DNA from: Nitrospirota bacterium
Lineage (GTDB): Bacteria; Nitrospirota; Nitrospiria; Nitrospirales; Nitrospiraceae
NCBI GenBank assembly: GCA_963701855.1
Contig: CAVPBK010000006.1
Span: forward strand, 1,216,001-1,280,000
Reading direction: 5' to 3'
Length of the DNA stretch: 64,000 bases
Below the pieces are notes generated by a model. It made no database searches. It was not told the origin of the DNA and worked only from the letters and a program-made list of their open reading frames with translations. Below are positions 1 to 9,290 of the stretch, piece after piece. Each line of letters opens with the position of its first letter. Positions within the stretch are counted from its first letter, which is position 1. A program made the translations under genes and the position numbers.

Positions 1-465
1 TTCGAGAGAGCGTGTAATCAGCGCTTCCCGCGCCTTTCTGAGTAAAGACCGTTCGGATGATAGGTAGAGGTTTTTGGCCAGCTGCTGAGTAATGGTGCTC
101 CCCCCACGCTTGAGTTCGCCCGCTTCGAGGTTATACAGAGCCGCGTCCTTGATCCCTTCCCAGTCGAATCCTTCGTGGGTGAAGAACGACGCATCTTCCG
201 CTGCCACGACCGCCTGGCGGAGGTGGGGGGAGATGCGTGAGAGCGGCACCCACGTCCAATGGCGTTCGATGGTGTGGCCCTTGGCCTTGGCCTGAGTCCG
301 TCGCGCTTCCATCAGGGCCGTCACCGTTGGATTGGTGGCGCGTAACGCCGAGACGTCGGGCATCTCGAGTAACCAGAAGAAGAGGACCGCTCCGACCGGG
401 AGGCAGAGGAGGATGATCAGGAAGGCTTTCACGCGGGATCTGGATCGTGCGGTTGACTTCCGCAT
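1..465 (-). CDS. mtgA: Monofunctional peptidoglycan transglycosylase (runs off window edge)
   Basis: Manual minus-strand translation from ATG 465: N-terminal TM helix, then GGSTITQQLAKNLYLSSERSLLRKAREALIT (GT51 motifs). Not in ORF track because its stop lies outside the window. Confidence 0.9.
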   Translation of the reverse strand, partial: MRKSTARSRSRVKAFLIILLCLPVGAVLFFWLLEMPDVSALRATNPTVTALMEARRTQAKAKGHTIERHWTWVPLSRISPHLRQAVVAAEDASFFTHEGFDWEGIKDAALYNLEAGELKRGGSTITQQLAKNLYLSSERSLLRKAREALITRSLE

Positions 466-546
466 TAGAGGCCGCGTATCACAGAGACGATGCGTGCCTG
501 TGTCAATAACTTGATGTTTGCTGGGTGAGTGGCTGGGTGGTGTAGC

Positions 547-1149
547 ATGAGAATCCTTACGGCAGAGTTTATCAGAAGTTGTGCGGGGCCAGAGCAGTTT
601 CTGAAAAGCGACCTCCCGGAAGTCGCCTTTATCGGGAGGTCGAACGTCGGAAAATCCTCTCTCATCAACTCTCTCTTGCAGCGCAAGGGGCTGGCCAAGG
701 TGAGCCGTACGCCGGGAAAGACCCGCTTGGTCAATCTCTTTCGGATCACCAGTGACGATCCTGGATTGGCGCGTTTCGTGGTGGTGGATCTGCCAGGATA
801 TGGCTACGCGAAAGTATCGAAAGCGTTGCGGGCTCAGTGGGCCCCGTTGATCGAGCAGTATCTCAACGGCAGTGAACAGCTGCGCGCGGTGGTGGTGTTG
901 GTGGAAAGCCGGGTGCTGAGCGAACAAGACAGCCAAACGATCGCATGGCTCTCGTCCGTCGGAAGGCCTCCCATCGTGGTGGCAACGAAAGTGGATAAGT
1001 TAAAAATGAGCGAGCGTGTCGGTGCGCTTCTCCGGCTGCAGGAAGGACTGGGATTGGTTGAGAGCGATAAAATTATTCCTTACTCGTCGGTGACGGGCGA
1101 GGGGCGGGAGCGATTGTGGGCGGTCCTGAAAGAGCGGATTCGAACTTGA
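547..1149 (+). CDS. engB: Ribosome biogenesis GTPase YihA/EngB
   Basis: GRSNVGKSS, PGKT, DLPGYG and TKVDK G-motifs; start set to ATG 547. Confidence 0.95.
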   Translation: MRILTAEFIRSCAGPEQFLKSDLPEVAFIGRSNVGKSSLINSLLQRKGLAKVSRTPGKTRLVNLFRITSDDPGLARFVVVDLPGYGYAKVSKALRAQWAPLIEQYLNGSEQLRAVVVLVESRVLSEQDSQTIAWLSSVGRPPIVVATKVDKLKMSERVGALLRLQEGLGLVESDKIIPYSSVTGEGRERLWAVLKERIRT

Positions 1150-2176
1150 TCTCGATGTAGGCCTTGTTTTTGAGGTCCGCCAGCCACGAGTGGAAGTCAT
1201 CTTCGCTTTTCTGCTGAAAAACGAGACCCTGGATTTCATTGCGGACTTGCTCATACCGGCGGAACTGTTTGGGCTTCTTGTCCTCCAGGTGCACGATATG
1301 AAAACCTTCCGAGGTTTCGATCATATCTGAGATGCCGCCGGGCACCAAGGTGGCGATGGTGCGCTCGATCTCCGGCAAGAGTTCTCCCTGCCGCACTAAA
1401 CCCAGATGTCCTCCGTGCGCGGCGTTCGGGCCGTCGGAAAATCGCAGCGCCAAATCCTCGAATGACTCCCCCTGCTTGAGCCGCGCCATCACCTCACGAA
1501 CTTTCTCTCGCGCGTCGGCCGTATCGTTCTGCGAGCGTGGCTTGATGAGAATCTGACTGAGCGTGTATTCCTCCGAGAGCGCAAACCGATCGCGGTGTTC
1601 CTGGAAGTACCGTTTCATGTCGGAGTCCGCGACCGTCACCTTGCTTCGGACCTCGCGGTCGACGACCCTCAGCAGTGTCAACTGTTCTCGGACGCTTTTC
1701 ATATCTGCCGGGTTCGTCTCGTCGACCGTTCTCCCTTGTTGCTTCATCTGTCGAATTGTTTGTTGGACCTCCTGATCGGTGACCGTGACGCCTCGCGCCT
1801 TAGCTTCCTGGAGTTGCAACTTGTGTTCGATCATCGAGGTTAGTGCCATATACTCTGCCGTCTTGAGGCGACGCGCGAGGGCGTCGCCTCGATACTCTTT
1901 CTGAATCCGCTCCCGTTCAGGGGCGAGTTCTCGTTTTATCTCGGACAGCATGATGAGGTCCGAGTTCACGATTGCGACGATCCCATCTTCCACCTGCGCG
2001 GCTGAGAGAAGGGATGCCGGTGCGATCAGCCCGAGCGCGAAGAAGGCCATATGTCGGAGCCAGTCTGGTGCCATCGTGATGAATGAACGGACCGTGAATA
2101 TGGATAGAGGTCTCGCCGTGCGTCGAGATGATTGGCTAGTCGGCGAGAGCCCGACGGATTGTACACGAATTGTCAA
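1073..2176 (-). CDS. SurA-like peptidyl-prolyl isomerase/chaperone (true start likely downstream of 2176)
   Basis: IVAIVN SurA-N motif; FEDLALRFSDG..GGHLG and GFHIV rotamase motifs; signal peptide. Confidence 0.85.
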   Translation of the reverse strand: MTIRVQSVGLSPTSQSSRRTARPLSIFTVRSFITMAPDWLRHMAFFALGLIAPASLLSAAQVEDGIVAIVNSDLIMLSEIKRELAPERERIQKEYRGDALARRLKTAEYMALTSMIEHKLQLQEAKARGVTVTDQEVQQTIRQMKQQGRTVDETNPADMKSVREQLTLLRVVDREVRSKVTVADSDMKRYFQEHRDRFALSEEYTLSQILIKPRSQNDTADAREKVREVMARLKQGESFEDLALRFSDGPNAAHGGHLGLVRQGELLPEIERTIATLVPGGISDMIETSEGFHIVHLEDKKPKQFRRYEQVRNEIQGLVFQQKSEDDFHSWLADLKNKAYIEIKFESALSGPPTIAPAPRPSPTSKE

Positions 2177-2220
2177 GGACTTGAGGAGCCTGAAAGAGGG
2201 AAACTTCGACCCGCGACGCC

Positions 2221-3129
2221 TCAGCGTGTGCCGACGTCGTCGGTGATATAGCGGGAGGCGTCGGCGAGTCGGATGATCGCCTTCGTTCGGATGTCGGCGA
2301 TCACGCCGTCAAAACGTTTTCGGCGCTTCTCATTGAGCAATTCCTGTCGGAGGCGTTCCCGAACGGCCACGTCCGCCTGAATAATTTCCTTGTCGAGAGG
2401 CGTCGTCATGACGAGGTAATAGCCGGCCTCCGTCTTGATCGGCGCACTGATGAATCCGGGCTTGAGGGTATGAATGACTTCATCGACTTCGGGGACGACC
2501 AAATCCTTGCGATAGGGGCCGAGATCGCCCCCGCTCGCTTTCGTTTTGCCATCGATGGAATAGCGCTGTGCAAACCGGGCGAAGTCCCCCCCCTGGTTGA
2601 CTTGCTTTTCGAGATCTTTCGCGGCCGAAATATTGGGCAGCAGCATCTGTGACACTCGTACCTTCAATGGCGTGAGGAGTTCGCGCGCATGCTGCTCGTA
2701 GAAGGCGTCCAATTCCTCCTTCGAGAGTTCGACCTTGGCTTTGATCCGGTCCTTGAGGAGTTCGTCGAGAATCAGTTGTTCCCGGTAGCGTTGCGCTCGA
2801 TCGCGGATCGCATCGTTCTGGTCGAGTCCTAGCTTACGCGCTTCCTGCATGAGCAGCTCTCGGGTGATGAGTTCGTCGAGGAAGAGGCGCTTCCCTCCTT
2901 CTTTCTGGTACCGCGCCTTGGTGGCTTCGGCCAGTTCTCCCCAACGTGCGTCGAATTCGGTCTGCGTGATCTGTCGGCCGTTGACGAGGGCGAGCACGCC
3001 TTCCTCTGGCGGTGGCGCGCAGCTGGTGAACAATAAGAAAGTCCCGCCGATGACGCCGGCAAGCAGGGAGACGAGGCGGCCAGCGACGGCATTCACGGCT
3101 CTGTTCGACGATCGAGTCATTAGAAGCAT
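2221..3129 (-). CDS. PpiC/PrsA-type peptidyl-prolyl isomerase, probable lipoprotein
   Basis: FTSC lipobox, VLALVNG, FARFAQRYSID..GGDLG, PIKTEAGYYLV. Confidence 0.85.
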   Translation of the reverse strand: MLLMTRSSNRAVNAVAGRLVSLLAGVIGGTFLLFTSCAPPPEEGVLALVNGRQITQTEFDARWGELAEATKARYQKEGGKRLFLDELITRELLMQEARKLGLDQNDAIRDRAQRYREQLILDELLKDRIKAKVELSKEELDAFYEQHARELLTPLKVRVSQMLLPNISAAKDLEKQVNQGGDFARFAQRYSIDGKTKASGGDLGPYRKDLVVPEVDEVIHTLKPGFISAPIKTEAGYYLVMTTPLDKEIIQADVAVRERLRQELLNEKRRKRFDGVIADIRTKAIIRLADASRYITDDVGTR

Positions 3130-3139
3130 TTAGACCTTG

Positions 3140-6100
3140 TTACCGAGATGATTGCGGGGGCATCGTGGTGTTGGTATCACAGCCTCCCAGGCTTTGCAAG
3201 GTTGCGGTGAGTTCTCGAAAGATGGAAGGCCAGTCCTGATGCGGCATCTGGAGCTCGAATGAAAGCGGAGACAGGAAGCACACCCGCTTCTTGTACCGGT
3301 CCATCATCCCATGAATCGCCTGGCTTGACACCCGACTCTTGGCGCCGAGCGCGACGACGACGGAATGAGGCTTGAGTTCAATCGAGTCCAGACGCAAGGC
3401 CTTGGCTTGGAGCCGCACCTGCATGACTTCGAACAGTCGCTCGACGGAATCCGGGGCCAGCCCATACCGATCCTGCATTTCGCCATGAAGTAAGGCGAGG
3501 TCTCCGACTCGGGTGCAGGACGAGAGCCGTTTATAACAGGAGAGACGCTGGTGGGGGTCAGCGACGTAGTCATCCGGGATAAAGGCGGAGACGTTGAGCC
3601 GGAGGGTGGGGTCCGGTTCTTCTTCCACCACCTGACCCTTGAGTCGATAGACAGCCTGTTCCACCATTTGCATGTAGAGATCGAGCCCGATGGCAGCAAT
3701 ATGCCCCGATTGCTGTTTGCCGAGGAGGTTGCCGGCGCCACGGATTTCCATATCTGCTGCGGCGATGCGGAAGCCGGCGCCCAGTTCGGTAAACTGTTGA
3801 ATGGCGGTGAGGCGCTTTTGGGCGTCTTCGCTCAATTGCCCCTCATCGGGAACCAGGAAGTAGGCGTAGGCTTGGTCGCCGCTTCGTCCGACTCGCCCGC
3901 GCAATTGGTATAGCTGCGCGAGCCCGAACATGTCGGCGCGATTGACGAAGATCGTGTTGGCATGAGGCACATCGATTCCCGACTGGATAATCGCTGAGGC
4001 GATCAGCACGTCCGCCTCCCTGCGAAAGAATTTCAGCATCACGGCTTCGAGCGGCTTGGCGTTCATCTGCCCATGGGCCATCACGATGCGCGCATCGGGC
4101 ACCAGTTGGTGGAGCCAGGCTCCCGTCTTCTCCATCGTTTCGACCCGATTATGGACGAAATAGACCTGTCCGCCCCTCCCGAGTTCACGCAAGATCGCCT
4201 CTCGGATGAGTGTGTCATTTGATCGGACAACCTGCGTGCGAATGGACAAGCGGCCTGCCGGGGGTGTTTCGATGATTGAGAGATCGCGCACGCTCGCCAT
4301 GGCCATCTGCAAGGTTCGGGGGATGGGGGTGGCTGTGAGGGTCAAGACGTCGACCTGGGTTCGGAGTTGTTTCAATCGTTCCTTGTGTTTGACACCGAAC
4401 CACTGTTCCTCATCGATGATGACGAGGCCTAGATCGCGGAATATCACATCCTTCTGGACAAGTCGGTGCGTTCCGATCACCACGTCGACGGCGCCGGATG
4501 CCACGTCTTTGAGAATGGCTTTAGCCTCCTTCGGCGATTGGAATCGGGAGAGCAAGGCCACGCGAGCCGGGAACGGCGCGAACCGTTCCGAGAAGTTGTC
4601 GTAATGTTGGTGGGCCAACAGGGTCGTGGGGACGAGCACCGCGACCTGACGATTGGCTTCCACCGCCTTGAAGGCCGCTCGCATCGCCACTTCCGTTTTT
4701 CCGTACCCCACGTCACCGCACACCAATCGGTCCATCGGTTTGCTGGACTCCATGTCGTGGGTAATGTCTTCGACCGCTTTGAGTTGATCCGCCGTTTCTT
4801 CGTACTCAAATGCGGCCTCGAACTCGTGGTACATCGTGCTGTCGAATCCATAGGCATGGCGCGTCACGAGTTCACGGCTGGCATAGAGGTCGACCAACTC
4901 GTGGGCCATCTCCTCAATGTCTTGCTTCACCCGCGCGGTCGTTTTGGCCCAACTGGTGCCGCCCAAACGTTCCAGACGCGGCGCATGGCCATCCGCCCCG
5001 CTATATCGCTGCACATGGTTGAGCTTCTCCAGCGGGACGTAGAGCTTGTCGCCGCCGGCGAATTCAAGGATCAAATAATCGCTGTCGAAGTCTTGCACCG
5101 AGAGGCGTTTGAGGCCTTGGTATTTGGCGATGCCATGTTGGACATGGACGACATAGTCGCCCACGTTGAGATCTTCCAGCGAGGAGAGGAAGGTTGCGGC
5201 TTTACTCTTGGCCTGCGGCTTATGGCGCGCGCCTTTGGCAAACAGTTCTTCTTCCGTCAGGATGGCCAGGCGCAAGTTCGGTGCGAGGAATCCCGCGGAC
5301 AAATCGCCGTGCAAGACGTAAAACGGCGATTTGGTTTTACTGGAAGCGGTCCAGGCTCCCACGGTCCACTCTGTTGCCGGCACATCGTGTTCGCGCAAGA
5401 GTGCCAGCAAGCGATCCACTTGGCCGCGACTTCTTGCGACGAGCACCACGCGGCACTCCTCTCGCAGGCGATCCATGATGGCGAGGGTTTGGCTGAAGGG
5501 CATCCCACGAGCCCCGATGCCTGCGCTGGACGGGGTCTGAGCGGGAAAGGCCTGGACCGGGCTCCAGGACGCATTGCTTGCTGTAAGGGGCTCGAGTGCG
5601 AGCATGGGCCAGCTCTGTGTGTGATCCATGAGTTCAGACCAGGAGAGAAACAATCGTTCCGGTGAAGGGTAGGGCACGATCGTTTCTCGATCGGCATGGC
5701 GGAGATAGCCGTCGTCGATCTTGCCCCAGAGGTCCGCGCAGGCCTCTTCCAACGCAGCCGGCTGATCCAGGACGAGTACAGGCTGTTCGGCGAAATAATC
5801 AAAGAGGGTATTCATGTCGGGGTAGAGGTCCGGCGCGCGCCACTCGGCATCCACCGGAATGGGAGCGAGGGCGTCCGACGAAGTCTCCGCACGCAGATAT
5901 TCCCGCGCGGGAAGGACGACCGCTCGATCCAGCTTCGCGGTGGATTTCTGCGTGGCAGGATCGAAGAGGCGGAGCGAATCGACGGTTTCTCCAAGAAACT
6001 CGGCACGCAGCGGGTTAGCGTAGGCCGTTGAAAAAATATCTACAATGCCGCCTCGAATACTGAACTCCCCCGGGATTTCCACCACCGAAACCCGGCGGTA

Positions 6101-6613
6101 GCCGAGACGCAAGAGCCCTCCGGTGAGGGTCTCTCGCTCGATCGTGCCGTGCAGCTTGAATTGCAGGGTGGTATGGGTAAAGGTTGCAACGGGTAACAGC
6201 CGCTGCATCAGTGCCGCAATGGAGGTGACCAGGACCGTCTGTGGTGCGGTTCGGACGTGATGCAGGGCATTCATTCGGCGCGCGATCAAACCGACATGGG
6301 GCGCACTGCCCTCGTAGGGAAGGGTTTCCCATCTCGGGAAGAGAACGAGGAGATTCGTCGGAAGGCCGATGAGGTCATGGAAAAAGTGCAGGTCATCGAA
6401 GAGGCGTTCCGCCGCTTCGTCCGACCCGGCCACGATCAACCACGGTCGACTCCCCAGTGTGCCAGACTGAGGATGCAGGAGCGTAGTGAGAGCAAGCCCA
6501 GCGGTGGAACCGTACAAGCCTGTGAGACAAGGACGCCCTCCTTTGCCGACCAATGCGGCTGCGATAGGAGAGAACCACTGAGCTGTTGGTAAAACGGATG
6601 CGGTGTTCGACAC
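3140..6613 (-). CDS. mfd: Transcription-repair coupling factor
   Basis: UvrB-homology region, VHVQHGI RID domain, GDVGYGKT, DEEQ, TATPIPRT, QLRGRVGR, TRCF C-terminus. Confidence 0.97.
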   Translation of the reverse strand: MSNTASVLPTAQWFSPIAAALVGKGGRPCLTGLYGSTAGLALTTLLHPQSGTLGSRPWLIVAGSDEAAERLFDDLHFFHDLIGLPTNLLVLFPRWETLPYEGSAPHVGLIARRMNALHHVRTAPQTVLVTSIAALMQRLLPVATFTHTTLQFKLHGTIERETLTGGLLRLGYRRVSVVEIPGEFSIRGGIVDIFSTAYANPLRAEFLGETVDSLRLFDPATQKSTAKLDRAVVLPAREYLRAETSSDALAPIPVDAEWRAPDLYPDMNTLFDYFAEQPVLVLDQPAALEEACADLWGKIDDGYLRHADRETIVPYPSPERLFLSWSELMDHTQSWPMLALEPLTASNASWSPVQAFPAQTPSSAGIGARGMPFSQTLAIMDRLREECRVVLVARSRGQVDRLLALLREHDVPATEWTVGAWTASSKTKSPFYVLHGDLSAGFLAPNLRLAILTEEELFAKGARHKPQAKSKAATFLSSLEDLNVGDYVVHVQHGIAKYQGLKRLSVQDFDSDYLILEFAGGDKLYVPLEKLNHVQRYSGADGHAPRLERLGGTSWAKTTARVKQDIEEMAHELVDLYASRELVTRHAYGFDSTMYHEFEAAFEYEETADQLKAVEDITHDMESSKPMDRLVCGDVGYGKTEVAMRAAFKAVEANRQVAVLVPTTLLAHQHYDNFSERFAPFPARVALLSRFQSPKEAKAILKDVASGAVDVVIGTHRLVQKDVIFRDLGLVIIDEEQWFGVKHKERLKQLRTQVDVLTLTATPIPRTLQMAMASVRDLSIIETPPAGRLSIRTQVVRSNDTLIREAILRELGRGGQVYFVHNRVETMEKTGAWLHQLVPDARIVMAHGQMNAKPLEAVMLKFFRREADVLIASAIIQSGIDVPHANTIFVNRADMFGLAQLYQLRGRVGRSGDQAYAYFLVPDEGQLSEDAQKRLTAIQQFTELGAGFRIAAADMEIRGAGNLLGKQQSGHIAAIGLDLYMQMVEQAVYRLKGQVVEEEPDPTLRLNVSAFIPDDYVADPHQRLSCYKRLSSCTRVGDLALLHGEMQDRYGLAPDSVERLFEVMQVRLQAKALRLDSIELKPHSVVVALGAKSRVSSQAIHGMMDRYKKRVCFLSPLSFELQMPHQDWPSIFRELTATLQSLGGCDTNTTMPPQSSR

Positions 6614-6616
6614 TGC

Positions 6617-7099
6617 TTATGTGGATTGTGAACGGATCTGTTGAATGAGAGACGTTGTTGACATGTCTGGCACCAGAGGAACTGTCCGCACTACCCCGCC
6701 TCGTTGTTCGACTACACCCCTACCGATGATGCGGTCAATGTCCCAATCTCCGCCCTTGACCAAAACGTCCGGCTGTACAGCAGTAATCAGGTTCAAAGGA
6801 TCCGGCTCGCTGAAGATCGCCACGTAGTCTACGCATCCCAGTGCCGCGAGCACTTCAGCCCGCTGTGCTTCGGTCACGACGGGACGGTCTGGCGCCTTGT
6901 TCAAACTCCTCACGGACGCGTCGCTGTTGACGCCCACGACCAGCACATCGCCGAGGGCCTTAGCTGCCTGCAGATATCGAGTGTGTCCAATGTGCATGAG
7001 ATCGAAACAGCCGTTGGTGAACACGATACGTTTCCCTTGGGTCCGCGCCGCTTGTAGAAGTGGAACAAGCTGGTCTCTGGTCACGACTTTCACGGACAT
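6617..7099 (-). CDS. rfaE2: D-glycero-beta-D-manno-heptose 1-phosphate adenylyltransferase
   Basis: FTNGCFDLMHIGH, VGVNSDASV, LVKGGDW, STT. Confidence 0.93.
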   Translation of the reverse strand: MSVKVVTRDQLVPLLQAARTQGKRIVFTNGCFDLMHIGHTRYLQAAKALGDVLVVGVNSDASVRSLNKAPDRPVVTEAQRAEVLAALGCVDYVAIFSEPDPLNLITAVQPDVLVKGGDWDIDRIIGRGVVEQRGGVVRTVPLVPDMSTTSLIQQIRSQST

Positions 7100-7147
7100 A
7101 TCTGCATCATACCGACTGTGCGCGTGGATGGAAAGAGAGGGAACTCA

Positions 7148-8302
7148 TTACTCGTCGTCGTGGCTCACGCCGCCTAATCCAATTACCGACGACCCGTGCT
7201 TGGCAATCAGCGCGTCCATCGTCTCGATGGCTTTCGTTCGCCGCTGGTCGAACAGCCCGGGCGGCGCAGGCGCCAAGGAGGAGAGCGCGAGTCCAGCCAA
7301 GCGGTACTCAGCGCCGGGCTGAATGAGTTCCCGTAGCGCTTGTTGGACGGTCGGCCACATGTCAGGATCGTAGCTCAGTGGGTGCGGAAAGCGATGTTGT
7401 TTGGTTGTGATAACGAAACGGGAGTTTTTCAGCTTCACCGTGCAGGATCCGGCGGCCAATCCTTCCTGTCGGAGAGCCCTCGCCAGGTCGCGGAGGAATC
7501 CGCGCAGGGTTCGCTCAAGAAATGGACGATCATGTGTATCGTGTTCGAAGGTGGTTTCGTGGCTGAGGCTTTTAGATTCTCGATCGGCCACCACCGGTTC
7601 GTGGTCGATCCCCTGCGCCAACTCACGAACCCAGTGGAGTCGTGCGCCGAAGATATGACGTAAGGGTTGATCCCAGCGTGGGTCCAACAGTTCGCCGATG
7701 ATCTTGAGTCCGAGCAGTTCCAGGCGCGCGGCGGTCTTGGGACCGATTCCCGGCAATGCACGCAGAGGCATCGGGGCTAAGAATGCTTCTTCCGTACCGG
7801 GCGGGACCATCGCCAATCCATCAGGCTTGTGACTATCCGCGGCAATTTTGGCGACGGTCTTGCCGGTTGCAATGGCGATGGTGCAGCGCAAGCCCGTGGC
7901 TTTGTACAGCGCATCCTTCGCGAGTTGTCCAAGTGAGTGAGGGTCGGGATGGCGGGTCTGGAGCTGTGTCGTGTCGGCATAAAATTCGTCGATGCTGCTC
8001 CATTCAGTGAGCGGGAATAACTGATCGGTGACGGCCTGCATCTGTTCATGCAGCCGGCGATAGAGCGGTCTGTCAGGGGGAATGAGAATGAGCTGGGGGC
8101 AGAGACGTGTGGCTTCGCCTGTCGGCATGGCGGAGCGGACGCCGAATGCTCGAGCCGCGTAACTTGCTGCCGCGATGATTCCTCGCGGGGAGGATCCACC
8201 GACGGCCACCGGTTTGCCTGACAGGCTTGGGTCAGCCAGGACGGCCGCTGAGGCGAACATCGCATCGACATCCCCGAACAGGATCTGTCGCGACCAACGC
8301 AT
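7148..8302 (-). CDS. dinB: Y-family DNA polymerase IV
   Basis: DVDAMFAS, AASYAARAFGVRSAMP, SIDE, AKIAADSHKPDG, LPGIGPKT. Confidence 0.92.
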   Translation of the reverse strand: MRWSRQILFGDVDAMFASAAVLADPSLSGKPVAVGGSSPRGIIAAASYAARAFGVRSAMPTGEATRLCPQLILIPPDRPLYRRLHEQMQAVTDQLFPLTEWSSIDEFYADTTQLQTRHPDPHSLGQLAKDALYKATGLRCTIAIATGKTVAKIAADSHKPDGLAMVPPGTEEAFLAPMPLRALPGIGPKTAARLELLGLKIIGELLDPRWDQPLRHIFGARLHWVRELAQGIDHEPVVADRESKSLSHETTFEHDTHDRPFLERTLRGFLRDLARALRQEGLAAGSCTVKLKNSRFVITTKQHRFPHPLSYDPDMWPTVQQALRELIQPGAEYRLAGLALSSLAPAPPGLFDQRRTKAIETMDALIAKHGSSVIGLGGVSHDDE

Positions 8303-8324
8303 CGTGCGCTCCTAACTAGGAGAT

Positions 8325-8620
8325 TAGATGGCTACAGAAAACCCCGGTTATCCATAAAATACCTCCGGGATCTTCCAGAAAGTCGCTGACGGCACATTAG
8401 CCTGAGGATGCTCAAAAAGACCGCCCAGCAAGGCCGCCGGCGGAGTAAGAACCGGAGGCGTACTATTCTCACCCGCCCACCTCCGAGCTGCCGAGACAGC
8501 TCGTGACCCGAGTGTGGTACGTTGAGGATTCTTGCGAGCTGAGAACGCCGCATGGGAAAAGGCGCGACTTAGCGCGCCGGGGTTGGGCGGGTGAGACGGA
8601 GACTTTTTCAGCATCCGTCA
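8325..8620 (-). mobile_element. MITE-like element, family A (inverted copy)
   Basis: Ends GGCTACAGAAAAC and CTTTTTCAGCATCC with internal AGGATGCTCAAAAAG; reverse complement of the layout at 39869 and 59749. Confidence 0.7.
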
Positions 8621-9280
8621 GAAGGTAAAGGACAATTGAAGCGGCCGCAAGGGACATTGAGAGGAGGACCTTGTTGTGTGGGAAGAACGTTCAGAATCAG
8701 TTGGGACCCGGCTGACCGATCCCACCAATTCCTGTAACGACCCCCGGCAGACGCCGCAGTGGTGCCGCCGAGGTTGAATCGTTCTCCGCTGGCGTCGGTA
8801 CAATTGGCCGCATTGCCGGCAGCGCCAGGAAAATTGCGTGAGGGCGAGCACTTCCTTCTGTAACGAATGGTAGATGGTGATGGCCAGTGTGCCGCCCCGA
8901 TTCATCTCGGTCATCTTGCGGAGAAAATCCGCTCCATGATTCGGCCGCCGTTTCAGGATGTCGTATTGCCATTGATGAATCATTTCGTGAGCCAGTGTGT
9001 TGACGAGCTCCTGTTCGCCATACTCGCTCCGTTGGAGTGCTTGCTGGAGTAAGGGAAAGGACAGGCGAATTTCGCGCTTGGCTGGAGGGCGAAGGCCATC
9101 CTGATTGAGCCGTGGTCTCGGTCCACGCCGACTCACGAACATGCCGACCGAGGAAGTCAGCCGGCGGCTCCAGACCAGATCAATTGGCGGTAGTAGGCCT
9201 CCGAAGTAGCGGCCATTCAGTTCGCTCCACATTTTGGTCAATTGCTGCTGGGTCGCTGGAGGGGATTGCTGTAGAGACAT
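8618..9280 (-). CDS. SprT-like zinc metalloprotease with C-terminal zinc ribbon
   Basis: LNGRYFGGLL, HEMIH (HExxH), HGADF, CRQC...CGVC; tail PLQLSFTF. Confidence 0.88.
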   Translation of the reverse strand: MSLQQSPPATQQQLTKMWSELNGRYFGGLLPPIDLVWSRRLTSSVGMFVSRRGPRPRLNQDGLRPPAKREIRLSFPLLQQALQRSEYGEQELVNTLAHEMIHQWQYDILKRRPNHGADFLRKMTEMNRGGTLAITIYHSLQKEVLALTQFSWRCRQCGQLYRRQRRTIQPRRHHCGVCRGSLQELVGSVSRVPTDSERSSHTTRSSSQCPLRPLQLSFTF

Positions 9281-9290
9281 CCGAAGGGGG

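Noticed and set aside
4466..5665. 399-aa antisense ORF in mfd and similar shadow ORFs
   Set aside because: Expected from GC-rich codon bias opposite well-supported genes.
8332..8657. Short ORFs here and at 53584-54147, 57176-58359, 59670-59984, 61591-61797, 24458-24673
   Set aside because: They are translations of the MITE/repeat sequences.
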